From Chlorokybus atmophyticus (Eukaryota; Plantae; Mesostigma and Chlorokybus algae), in NCBI GenBank assembly GCA_009103225.1, contig RHPI01002823.1, positions 133,104 through 197,103 on the forward strand: a stretch of 64,000 bases of DNA, written 5' to 3'. The position numbers were made by a program, and so were the translations under genes. The notes under the pieces are model-generated. The model was not told the origin of the DNA, did not search any database, and worked only from the letters and a program-made list of their open reading frames with translations. Shown one piece after another: positions 1 through 11,173 of the stretch; within the stretch, counting starts at the first letter, position 1, and every line of letters begins with the position of its first letter.

Positions 1-748
1 GCCTCGTCGTCATGGTCGAAGCCAACTACCTGTCACGGGCAGGTTGGTCAGTGTCACGGTGCAGTGCGGTTATGAAGCATCACAGCACCTGACACATGAC
101 GTTACGAATAGTGTCCTCCTTGGGATAAACGTGGCTCTCTACCCAGTGGCCGTTTATGATTTCAACGACGGCATCTCGCAAATGCTGTTCACAGAAGAAC
201 AATCCGTTACAAACATACACACAGTGTCACAGTGTCACACAGTGCTTACCTCGTTGCCAATCTTCCACTTGCTTGGGGAAGGGTTGCTGACGGCCGAGGT
301 TGCCACGTCACGGCCAAATGCGTTTGGGTTGGGGGTTCCAATCGACCCTCTGCAAGCACAACCACGCGAGTCATGCTGCCAGCCATAAAAGATGCAACCC
401 TCACAGTTGCAAAAGAAGAACAACGTGCACAATGTATCCAGAACGCATGCAGTGAGTCACTGTGCTAGTCATGAAAGAAGCAAGCATCCAAGTTAGAAGT
501 TGAGCAAGAAGCGACGTGCACAGTGCATCAAGAACGCATGCAATCTAGCTTGCCCTTGCAACTGCGGTGTCAGGTGGAGTTGTTGTGATGTGATGGGCGT
601 TAGCGCGGGGTCTTGCTGCGATTGGTTGGCGACGGTTGCCTGGTTGAACACCGGGGGCAATGTGGACAACTGGCGCCGACCTCCACGACGAGGTGCACTT
701 ACGGATGGACCACGAGGCATCTCTCCAACTGATAGTCGGGTGCCGCAT
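1..748 (-). CDS. Hypothetical transposon cargo protein (runs off the window; 5' end uncertain)
   Basis: Clean GT-AG introns at 185-249 and 30-88 join in-frame exons: ...SNPSPSKWKIGNE|HLRDAVVEIINGHWVESHVYPKEDTIRNVMCQ|VVGFDHDDE. No recognisable domain. Confidence 0.5.
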
Positions 749-1028
749 GTTTAGCTGATAGTGGCGCTGCCGCCTCCAACGCTGCCGCCGACGGTTGGCC
801 CGCCCGAATGTACGAGGCGCGAAAACGAAAATGAGGCGGTTTTGAAGGTCTAGAGTCCCGCACTAGAGTCGCACTTGTAGTGCGTCCTTGCTCCTATGGT
901 TGAAAGTACGACTTATGCATTCGTGCCATCCATGCTTCGTACAACCATTGGTAACAACGGTTGTGTCGTAACATTTATGATACGACAGAGGCATCTCTCG
1001 TCCAACCCCAGCGATTGCCGTACAATGG

Positions 1029-1058
1029 CTCTGTCGTACCATCCATGGTACGACAGAG
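1029..1058. promoter_or_regulatory. GTACCAT-motif hairpin between divergent cargo genes
   Basis: CTCTGTCGTACCAT-cc-ATGGTACGACAGAG has perfect 14-bp arms. A degenerate copy of the same hairpin lies at 964-987, and TACGACAGAGGCAT occurs at 981 and 1049. Confidence 0.55.
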
Positions 1059-1313
1059 GCATTGCTCGATCAGCCCAAATGGGAGTTAGCGTGCACTCAC
1101 CCAAACACGCTTCATTGATGGCCGGATGATGGCACGCAGGGGCACCAGGTCGATGACGGGTCGAATGTCAGGCTTGATGGGCCTGGGTTCGACTAGGAGG
1201 CGGAGGACCAGGAGTCGGAGGAGGCGGCGGCGGCGGCGGCGTGGCACATCTTGCGAGAAGTTGTGGTCGTAAGAGTTCAAGCAGCGAAGCCAGCTACTAC
1301 CGGTCGCCACGTC

Positions 1314-3453
1314 ATGGATCATGGCAGGCGTCAGCAATGGGGCTGTCCAACATGCATCACCAACATTGGACAAACCAGCAGGCAAGCCATTAAAGACCAT
1401 CTTCACACAGAGAGCTGCTTGGTGGCTCGCTTTCTGCAACAGGGAGTGGATCAGGAGCTGCAGTCCTTGGAGCCCCTTGTCAGAACCATGCGGGACCAAT
1501 TGCGGCTGTGGGAACAAGCACAAAGGAATGCAGAGGTACGCTCAACAGTCACATGCATTTCCTTGCAAGAGCAATTTGTTTCTGAGCGCAGTCCATGTGA
1601 TATATGTAGCGTGGCTGCAGGCCTCCACCATTCACCCATACCCACCCTACAGTCAAGCCGACATTGCGGAAGCAAGAGCAGATAGACAGAGCTGGGCGGC
1701 GGTATGTTGTTGCCAATCTCGCTGTGCATGTTGACTGCAATGTCGGCTCCAATGCATGCCTACCTTTGCATGCTAGGATGTGCATGAGCGTGCGAAGTCG
1801 CGCGCGCGTGCCGAATCAAGTAGGCTGGGTTTGAGCACAGGAGCGCGTGGCCATTCGTCCGGCATTCAACCAATAGTGCATCAACCAGCAATGACGTAGT
1901 CCATGCAATCATTTGTGCATCAACCAGCAATGCCGCAGGTGACTGTTCGAAGCAACCAACTGATGACGGTGTGACGCAGTTTACTATTGCAATTGCAGTG
2001 TCGCAAGCATGCAGCTAACCCACATGTGATTGGTTGACAGCACCACAGTACACTAGGTCCTGTTGGAGCTCCTATGCAAGCCTGGATTCAATCCCATCAA
2101 CTGGTCCTTCAATCCCACTTGCTGATGGGTGCGGCGGCAATGCGGCATCACTCTAACATGCATGTTGGCCTGTTGAATCCCGACATGTTCATTGGGGCAG
2201 TGGCGCATGATGTGCCCATGGCTCACGAGCTCCGTGACGAGTCTGCGATCGAGGGTGGCGGGGAGAGTGCACTCAATACCACCTTGTCAGCCCCCATGGC
2301 TTCCCCTGCTCCATGTAGCCCACAGGCCATTGAGATAAGTCGCTGTCTTTTATGCTCGTGCCTTGGTAACAATGCGTCAGGCACTGCATAAGCTTATATT
2401 CGTCCTTTGCAACATTGTGAGCCATCTTATCCTGGGTCCTGTATACAGCCCCCCTTGCTGCATGCACAAGTGGTCTCACCTGCAGCTTCTGCTTCCCTCG
2501 CAGCCAGAGCGCAACCACCTTCCGCGGCACCAATCCTTCATGCACTGCCATCTCCTCCACGAGCAGCACCGGTGATTGCGGGGCAACAATCCTTCTTGCC
2601 GCTATCGGCGAGACCACAGCACAATGCAACAACCGATGTGGCTTCTACACCTACCTTACCCCACCCGCTGCAAGTAAAAGCCGGCAGTCTGCCCCAAACT
2701 CAGGTACTTTATCAGTCACTGTGACTCTTGCCGTCCACAGTTGGACACACCATTTGAGTGCTGTATGCGCATGCAGCAGGGGTCACCACCTGCCAGCGAG
2801 TCATCAAAGGAGCTGGCCGCAACCCGCATACGGCCATTAGTCATGTTAGGTGGCCAGCTCGCCTCATAGGACCACTTCAATGCGCCAACGGATGGTAATT
2901 GCTTATACCATTGTGTATTTCGCGCCAGGCCATCCATAGCGCAAAGTGACTTGGATGATCACGAGTGCCCCAGCTCGAGCAGATTATGGGCCATGCTGGA
3001 CACCATGGACGACGACGGCAGGGGGCACACTCTCCGCAAAATCACCGCCAAGGCTGTCGATGCAGGCGTGGCGAGCAGAATCGTAGACTTCTGCAGAGCC
3101 ACTGGTGCCGCGGGAGAGATGGCGCAGTATTACGACAAACTGCCTGCGACCATGTTGGCTGATGTCAACTGCAACATTGACCTAGCCATGGCCAAGGTGC
3201 GACAGATCGTGCGGAGAAAAGATGTGTACGTCGAGCACCTGCAGATGACCATGTTTGCCAACAAGCTGGGCTTGTTGATTGGCTGCGTGACCGTTCAGCG
3301 CGAGCATGGGGAGTGGGTGCCACGGCCCGGCAGCGCAGTTTGGGTTGGAAATAAAGAAGCCCCCAACTCAGTCCTGGTGGTGGGCAACACTGCTCCTGAT
3401 GAGCCAGAAGCACACTTTTGGCTCCTCAAGCCTGCAAGCACCGAACAGTGGTC
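1314..3453 (+). CDS. C2HC zinc finger + Pro/Ala-rich linker + OTU-family cysteine protease (deubiquitinase-like); 3' end lost in gap; possibly pseudogenised
   Basis: N-terminal CPTC-x14-H-x5-C. Exon ending 2703 splices in phase to 2741. OTU catalytic motif PTDGNCLYHC at ~2885-2915, VYVEHLQMTMFANKLGLLIGCV helix-strand and terminal EAHFWLL (catalytic His). In-frame TAG at 2867-2869 is either a nonsense mutation or a splice acceptor. Joining the finger to the OTU domain in one gene is inferred. Confidence 0.7.
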
Positions 3454-3885
3454 NNNNNNNNNNNNNNNNNNNNNNNNNNNNNNNNNNNNNNNNNNNNNNN
3501 NNNNNNNNNNNNNNNNNNNNNNNNNNNNNNNNNNNNNNNNNNNNNNNNNNNNNNNNNNNNNNNNNNNNNNNNNNNNNNNNNNNNNNNNNNNNNNNNNNNN
3601 NNNNNNNNNNNNNNNNNNNNNNNNNNNNNNNNNNNNNNNNNNNNNNNNNNNNNNNNNNNNNNNNNNNNNNNNNNNNNNNNNNNNNNNNNNNNNNNNNNNN
3701 NNNNNNNNNNNNNNNNNNNNNNNNNNNNNNNNNNNNNNNNNNNNNNNNNNNNNNNNNNNNNNNNNNNNNNNNNNNNNNNNNNNNNNNNNNNNNNNNNNNN
3801 NNNNNNNNNNNNNNNNNNNNNNNNNNNNNNNNNNNNNNNNNNNNNNNNNNNNNNNNNNNNNNNNNNNNNNNNNNNNNNNNNNNNN
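3454..3885. other. Assembly gap (N run)
   Basis: 432 N. Confidence 1.
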
Positions 3886-4848
3886 TAGGCATTGTACAAA
3901 GGTACCATTGAAATGGTACCTTTGTACAATGGCAATGGCAGTTCGTACCATTGACAACTCTGGCAATGTCAGTCCCCCTGCGCATGAAAACACCATTGAT
4001 AGCTCCGCCAAGCTATGCCCTTACAGGGGCGTGATGCCGAGGGTATGTGGCGTTTGGAAGATCGTTGGCGGCGCTGCCAGGGGCGTAGTGGGCATTGTGG
4101 TCGAGGTCCGGGATGAATTCCATGTTCGCACAGGGCGGGCAGGGTGCCGGAGGGGTGTCCTCGGTGTCAAACCCCACCAAGACTACCAAGGGCACATCCA
4201 ATGACAACAGTGACTCGGGCGATATCTTACAAGGCTCCCCCTCCGAGTGGGCAAAGGCACACCACAATACTGCCTCTAAGAAAATCCGACCCACCAGCAG
4301 CTGCGACCACGGCGACATGATTGAAGGGACCAAACAAGACTGGCATAACCAAGGTGGGTTACGATGCACTATCAATGCCACATGCTAGGATTCTTTTATC
4401 TTGCACATGCACAGCCTCAAGTATCTTGCACGTGACATACATTGTCGATACCACATGCACACCCTCATGCACAACCTCCAGTGTCATGCACATGAACAGC
4501 ATGACCAATCTCGCAAATGCACAGCCTATTTCTANAGGGGCTGACTCGTAGTGCAAAGGAGTCGATCACCCTACAGTACGCCCAAGACGCGCTGCATCAC
4601 CGCATGCGGCATGCCTCGAGGTGGGTGACGAAAGTTTGCAATAAGTGGGANGGTCGCAAAAGAGAAGCTGCGGAGTACCACGAACGGGTAATCCATGACC
4701 TAGTTTAATGTTCCAAGCGGTAATTAAGCAGTATGCTTGCAGATTGCCATGTTGGTCAAAGTGAACCGAGAGCAGCGCGGCAGGCTGACTGTCTGCCTGG
4801 CGGAGTGCAACAAAGCGGAAGACGAGGTAAGCGTGTGTATGCTGATGG
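3886..4848 (+). repeat. Copy 1 of a ~0.9-kb internal direct repeat (promoter hairpin + 5' exons of a helical/acidic cargo gene)
   Basis: Near-identical to 11303-12164; the ORF track gives matching peptides for both (…GGQGAGGVSSVSNPTK…, MLADCHVGQSEPR…). Copy 1 has an extra ~100-bp exon segment (4536-4650) bounded by single Ns. Confidence 0.9.
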
Positions 4849-4849
4849 N

Positions 4850-5661
4850 CAACCCGGCAATGTGCAAGAGCTATCTGCGGAGCAGAACTTCGACCTGCTG
4901 CAGCAGATGTACCTGTCGATGTCTGACAGTGGCTGTACGTCATACGGCACGTCGAGCTGATTCTGTGAAAGCTCGAAGAAAATGACGATGCGGGGGAGTA
5001 CACGAGTGACGACCGCCATGTCGAGGGCCTGGATGAACGCATGCTGGACGAGACCACCAAGACCAGCAGGTGGTGTATGGCGGCAGATGGGCAACAGGTG
5101 ATCAAGCAGGCAGTGGAGCGTTATGCTGCGCCATTCAGATGGGAGTCGCTACGCCTGCAACGCGATAACAGAGTTTGGTGGCAGAGGCAGCTTGCACACT
5201 TGCGTGCACCATGTGTGCTGATTTGTCGCATTGAAGAGCCACCCCCCCAGCGGATGGGGAGACGCCTTGTTGCAAGAAAGCGATGTGCCATGTCTGCATT
5301 ATAGCACATCAGAAGACTGTGGCAAATAAATCAAAGGATCTACAAGCGTGTCCCTTCTGCAAGCAACCTCACCCGTTTTGGTCGCCACGCCTGATGCAAG
5401 ACGCCAACATGTCGGCGGTGATTTGGCCCCCGCCTTGATGCCAATTGTGCGTGTATTGTAGTTTTGTGTTGGCTTCCTCTGAACCCTGTAAGTACACGTA
5501 TAGTTGCAGCATGGTGCACCAGAGAACTGCTGTTGTCAGAAGCATTGGCTGTACATATGTATGATGACTGCCCGGCGCATGAGTCAGTGCATGGCTTGCA
5601 TACCTCGCTGGTTTAGAGCGTGGTTGACAGCAACAAACTCGGACAGCGCTTTGGGTTCCAT
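4850..5661 (-). CDS. Hypothetical transposon cargo protein (spliced; truncated at an N junction)
   Basis: ATG at 5661 (MEPKALSEFVAVNHALNQR) with GT-AG introns leading into the open minus frame RLPSEWRSITLHCLLDHLLPICRH...HAFIQALDMAVVTRVLPRIVIFFEL. Divergent from the methyltransferase gene. No domain recognised. Confidence 0.4.
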
Positions 5662-5721
5662 GGCATGACAGCACAGTATTACTCTACGATCGTGGTAGTA
5701 TGCGAGTATCCTTATACTGTA

Positions 5722-5767
5722 GTACCATTAACAGATGGAGTACCATTCATGTTGATGTAGTACCATT
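5722..5767. promoter_or_regulatory. Triple GTACCATT direct-repeat cluster in a bidirectional promoter
   Basis: GTACCATT at 5722, 5740 and 5760 (18- and 20-bp spacing), between ATG 5661 (-) and ATG 5916 (+). Confidence 0.55.
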
Positions 5768-5915
5768 GCATGGGTTTGCAATAGCGTCCTTGGTACAGTC
5801 GTGCTTCACTTGAAGTTTGACCCATTTAGGGTTCGTAAGCTGGCAACCCTAAATTGATGCCCATACCCTAAAGTCTCGCTCAGTTTGTGGGCAGCCGTGC
5901 CGATTCCTATTTTGC

Positions 5916-7717
5916 ATGATGTCGGCGGCAGCATTTGAATCCCCCTCACCTAGGAGACCATGCTTGGTATGCCCACAATGCAATGCGTACATATGTGCCA
6001 ATGGCCGTAGGCAGCAAATGCGAGCACACTTGACCGGATGCCAGCGAGTGCAGACAGTGTGCCACGGTTCTAGTGCTGCTTGCTGGCATCACACCACACA
6101 CAATGTCGACGTGTTTCGCTGCCGCCTCGGCCAAGTGATGTGCAAGGAACCCGAGTTTTTCCATTGCGTGCAGTGCGTGTGCGAATCGTGCTCGCGCTCA
6201 TGCTTCGAGTGGCGAGGGGAACCCATGCGCTTCTTCACATGGACAACACCGGGACATGTGGTTAGTGGACAGGTGGTGGATGCTGTGGAGGTAATCCACA
6301 AGAGTGGACCGCGACGTATCACTGCATGTTATGTTGGGCATCACTGCATGTTATGTTGGGCGTATGCTTATTTCATGCATGTTGAAGCTGTTGTCGCTTT
6401 CAGAGCAGTCTTGCAAGGTGTGGGCGTGGGCAGTTCCATCCCCTGGCCGCTGTAGAGGAGGCAGACCATCGACCGTTCGACAGCGCACTGCATCGGCTGC
6501 GGAACGCAGTCAAGTTGGGATGCGAGCAGCTGATCGGTGTGAGTGTCATGGTGCATTGGCCGCTGGATGGGGAATGGTATGCGGGCGTTGTGGAATCATT
6601 CAAGCAAGCGTCAGGTCAGCATCGCTTCGTGGCGTGCGAGATTGAGGACGCATCATATATGCATGGTGCAATGGAAAATGTCTTTGCAGGGCAGCACCGT
6701 ATAGTATTCGATGACGGTGATCGACCACAAACCATCAACTTCAAAGGGCACAACGTATTCGCGTACACATCAGTTGACGGGGCACGCCATGTTCTGCGCG
6801 CCGAAGGGGAGAACGTCAACATCGCAAAGTAAGCCCGGACGGCATTATTGTTAGTCCCTGGCCAGCACCACGGCCAGCCTTGACCACATACACGCCATTT
6901 GACAACAAGCTGCACGCACACGCAGACCAAGGGCACTCGACCTATTCTGCCGCGGTGGCGGTGCCAGTGTCGGTCTATACCACGCAGGCTTTGACGTGAC
7001 CGTGATGGACATAAGTCCCTCCTCTGAGTACCCGCTGCCCTTTATACACCGCGATGTATGCACCCTGAGTGCAGGAGAGCTGAGCGAGTACGAGCTCATC
7101 TGGGCCAGTCCACCATGCCAGGGCTATTCAGGTGCTATCTCGGCACCTCAACGGGCGGCACATGGCACATCCTGGAGACACCAGGATATGATACCGCTCG
7201 TCCGACGTCTGCTGCTTGCAAGCCAGGTCAAGTTTGTGTTGAGAATGTGCCAGGAGCAGCTTCCTCATTCAGACCCAATCTGTCCCTTTGTGGCACGATG
7301 TTTGGCCTATCAACTTTCCAACACCGTCTGTTTGCGACACAGCCAGTGGTAGCTACCCCACCAGCATGCTGCTCGCACGCGGGCAAGGCGGTTGGACTGC
7401 TATCGCCAAACCTGTCCGCTAGCGCGAAGAAGACAATCGTGACATCAAACGCGCCACAGCAGATGTACCCGGTCTATGGCCTTCCAAGCACCAGGGGCGG
7501 CATTGCTGCGTGGCAAACAGCGCTGGGAGTGCCATGGATGACCTCGTCCATTTCCATAGCGAATGCATTTCCTCCCGCAGTGGCGGAGTGTATAGGGCGT
7601 CTCATGCTTGAAACAATGGATATGCGCTGTGACTACCCTCCTGTGTCATGGAACTATGAGGCTCGAGTGTGGTGCACTGTATTGATGCTTAATGCCACAC
7701 GGCGGACTGATTGTTGA
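5916..7717 (+). pseudogene. Zinc finger/Cys-rich + Tudor domain + DNA (cytosine-5)-methyltransferase of phage/actinobacterial type; one frameshift at ~7238
   Basis: CPQC-x15-H-x3-C finger. Tudor motif IGVSVMVHWPLDGEWYAGVVESF...HRIVFDDGD (intron 6615-6689). Intron 6829-6925 joins in frame to motif I LDLFCRGGGASVGLYHAGFDV, then DI-x5-YP, motif IV LIWASPPCQGYS, motif VI ENVPGA (frame shifted by -1), LCGTMFGL-x3-QHRLF, W-x2-ALGVPWM and motif X ANAFPPAVAECIG. Confidence 0.9.
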
Positions 7718-7869
7718 ATGTTGCATGGCACATTCGATTGTGGTGACAGCTGTGCAGTGACAGCAACCCGGTATTGTTCACGTCCACATGCAAAAGTCTT
7801 AGCATACGATTAGCAATGCCTAACTGACTGATATGCTCCAAACTCAGAGTAGTGAGACAAGTACATGTG

Positions 7870-10800
7870 TCACGTGGAAGTGCAGTGCACGTTCACCCAA
7901 TACTTGCCCTCTTGTACACGGGCGCTGTCCTTGTCAAACATGGGGAGCAGCTGGACAATGCCTTTTACTTGCTCCAGAGTCACGACATCGAGATGTGGAC
8001 CGCTTCGACGCTTTTCCCATTCCAGAGCGATGCACTTTGTGTCGCTCGTCACATCCAGCTTCGTGTACCAGCGGACAAACACGACCTCCTTTCCAGACGC
8101 GCTCGCCGCTACCACCCCACACCACCACGCGCAGAAAAAGGAGTGCTTGAGCCCACCACGTCACGTTCACACCGTCCTCATCACCTTCCAACTCAAGTGT
8201 AGAGAACCAAGGCCGCCCATGGAACATCCCAGTTCCGCGCGCCATGCTTACTCCTAATGTCATGTACACCGCTGCGCCTCCGTTCACCACGCGAACAGCA
8301 CGCCACCCGTCGGCCAACTCCAATTGTTCCCTCCTCAACCAGCTGTCCAGGGTGGCAGGCAGCTTGTCGGCGAATGGAGTCTTCAAGGCGACTTGGCGGC
8401 TACGCGCAGATCCGCTCCAGTTCGGGCTGGACTCCCTCCTTGTCAGCACATCCATCCATAGCAACTTGTCCGTCTTCTCCATGACATTACAGCACTGCTG
8501 TCGCGCCTGCGCCATGACCGAGCGCATCTCGGGATCCACGACCATGCCATCCTCTCTCACATATTCCGCACAGCTCCATGCCTTCAGGATACGTGCTTGG
8601 TAGTCCCGGTTGTTGCCACCACGCGCCCACCGTTTGATATTTTGGGCGTGCGTCTGCTCCATGCGGTTGGCGCTGAACCAATCTGGGTGTCCACTGCTGA
8701 CAATTGCCGGCCCAAAATGAGTGAGCTGATGCATCTTCTCGATCTTCCAACCTGACTTCTGTGCAGAATATGACGACAGTAGCGGATGCAACACTGCAGC
8801 TTTGAAGGCAGCCAGCTCGTTGTCGGCTGTGGTCAGGGTCTCTCTTGTGTGTTCATGCGCCTTGAGCAACTTCTTGTTCCACTAGGCAAGCGATGCGGCA
8901 GCAATGGTGAAGAAATCGTTGCCCTCACTATCGAGCAGCAAACCGTCTGCGAGGACCGGCAGCAGCTGCAGCACCGCCACTTTCTCCACCACCTGAAAGG
9001 AGTGGTCGGACAGGAAGAAATCTACTGTGCTTGTGGGTGCCTTCAAGTGCGAAACCCGCAGAGTCGCCTTGCATGCATTCAACCTGTGCACATCTGCTCG
9101 TGAGCACGTGTCGTTGGCTTTTGTGTTTAACACAAAAGCAACACCAAAGACGTGCCTGGCCTGCAGAATCTGTCTCGTGGATGGACGCATTCGTTCCTTC
9201 GCAGCGTCGTACACAGCAGCAAGCAGGTGGTCAACGATGCCTCCCAGCACATGCATTGCGTCAGGGGCAAGACGAGAGTAGCAGTCTGCTCCCGGCACCC
9301 GCAACTGTCGCCAACCCCACAGTGCATTTTGCTGCCAAACCACATTGCCTGGTTTCACAGAAAGCCATTCATCCTCACGAATGCCGATAATTTGACCATT
9401 ACCTCCTCGACATGCATGGAGTGCTGCTCTTTGAAAGCCTTAGCTGTCTGGCGTGCATTCCTAACACCGCTATGCAGGTCCGCCTGCAGCTGACGTGTTG
9501 CTGGTGTGTAGAAGGCCTCGGTTCTCAATTCCCGGTCCTCATCCATCTCCAACGGATCTGATTTGGTGACGAGACAAACATCGCAAGGATGTCGTGTTTG
9601 GTTGCCCGACACAGTGCGTGCAAGTGTGGCAGTCTCCTACAACACGACAAACTTAAATGTTCTACTGACAACATCCTCCATGCACTGTTTGCTGGCAGGC
9701 TGCATCCGGTTACAACCATTCATGCCCACTACCTGCAAATCGCTGATGTAGTTGGCAAGCGCGGGAAACACACGACGCTCGATGCCATTCGGGTCGATGA
9801 GCTGCAGACCTTCCCAACTCGCCCGCTTCTCATCCTCTAACACTACATTCAAAGCGTCATGAAAAATCTCACGTTTCCGAATGGAGAACGATTCCTTGCC
9901 CTGCGCCCAGGTGGGATGCCCGGCCACTGCGTGAACCACCGGCAGAAGCGCTATCATAACAACCCCCATGTTGCTAGCATACATGTCCCAACTGTAGTTG
10001 GCAAGCGATGCCATCAGAGGGTAGCCAGAGCGCTTGCCCGCGCTGTCCAGCGTGGTCTTGTCACTGTACAGAATGGCAGGCGCCAAGTAGGACGCTTCCC
10101 CCACCTCTCTCCTCAAATCCACCTCCACATCCTTCCACCAATCGCCCGTGGAAGGATGGCCAAAGCTGTGCTCGTCAGTAGTGTACTGGAGATTGAAGCC
10201 ATTGGCGGCATGTGGATTGCCATACAACTGCGCGAGCCATACCTGCTCCGACCAAGAGCATTACTTACTATGCTGGCCTTAGAATAGATACTGCATCGAT
10301 ACTACAGTAGGTACTGCATTTCACAGACCTTAGCCGGCATATATGTGACGCAGATGTCCTGATCCTCAGGGTCTCCAGGCTTGCGCAGGTCAGCCGTCGC
10401 GTAGTTCTGATACGGCAGCACACTCGCATGTGCATATGTGACATGGCTATGATGGTTGAAGCACATGCACCGCACACCGTGAACACATCTCAGACTGAGA
10501 GAAAGCAATCGTGGTCCGGAGGTAGCTGGCCACATGCACACCAGTCTCCCACTGGAGCTCTTCCGTCAGGATGAGTGCATTTCGGATGCACTTGATGATC
10601 CGCCCCATGTCGGAGGCCGACAGGCCTTGGCCGTTGTTGCACTGCACGAATGCCACTGCAAGAGCATGCTCCGAGCCATACCACCTGGATTCCGATGCGT
10701 GCGAAGGGACGCCTCCACTTCCATGTTGGCGTGCCACAGGTTTCTCAGGCACACGCACACATGGAAAGCCCTCGTTCACTTCCTCCTCCTCCTGTTGCTG

Positions 10801-11010
10801 CTGTGCGTGTGTCTCCTGGAGGAATCCTTCAGCATCAAGCATGTGAGCATCCTGGATCGAATTCCCCGGTTCAACATGACCCGCATCGTGCTGTAATGGA
10901 TGCTGGCCGACATACAGCTTCTGCTTGCACACCCTGCTGCTAATAATGTGCATGTAGACCGAGCTGCGTGTGGCGAAGCGCATGTGGCAATACGGACAAA
11001 GGACTCCCAT
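7870..11010 (-). pseudogene. Plavaka transposase with N-terminal C2HC zinc finger and C-terminal BAH-like domain; in-frame TAG at 8882-8884 and a frameshift near 8090
   Basis: Family motifs HPSTGDWW, AILYSDKTTL-x2-AG-x4-YPLMASLAN, EIFHDAL, GIERRVFPALANYISDLQ|E (intron ~9641-9732), PCDVCLV, LAPDAMH, KMHQLTHF-x2-AI-x3-G-x4-FS-x3-MEQTH-x3-IK. C-terminal VFVRWY...VKGIVQLLP. Start MGVLCPYC at 11010. Confidence 0.88.
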
Positions 11011-11071
11011 ATCTCACTACTAACATCGACACAGGTGTCGCCAATGTAACCTGCATCATATCCAGCAACAC

Positions 11072-11072
<1 letters not shown>

Positions 11073-11109
<37 letters not shown>

Positions 11110-11110
11110 G
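11073..11110. repeat. (GCC)n trinucleotide tract upstream of the transposase start
   Basis: cgccgccgcc... run. Confidence 0.9.
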
Positions 11111-11173
11111 CCACCGCTACCGCTACCCTTGCATGCCAGAGGCGGGAAACTTGGCCGCCAGTCACTGGCTCCG

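Noticed and set aside
3295-4204. Long ORFs containing X runs
   Set aside because: Artefacts of translating across the N gap; only the part upstream of 3454 (OTU) is meaningful.
4852-5304. Plus-strand reading with two TGA codons (4924, 4966) as CGA-to-TGA methylation scars
   Set aside because: The antisense frame is fully open and fits a spliced gene from the 5.7-kb promoter, so the plus-strand reading is probably a shadow. The coding strand is unresolved.
2867-8884. In-frame TAG codons in element genes as evidence for TAG=Gln reassignment (known in some ulvophyte algae)
   Set aside because: The long MED15 polyQ tracts use only CAA/CAG, and host genes (MetRS, peflin) end at TAG at the expected C-terminal positions. 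These are lesions or splice acceptors, not a variant code.
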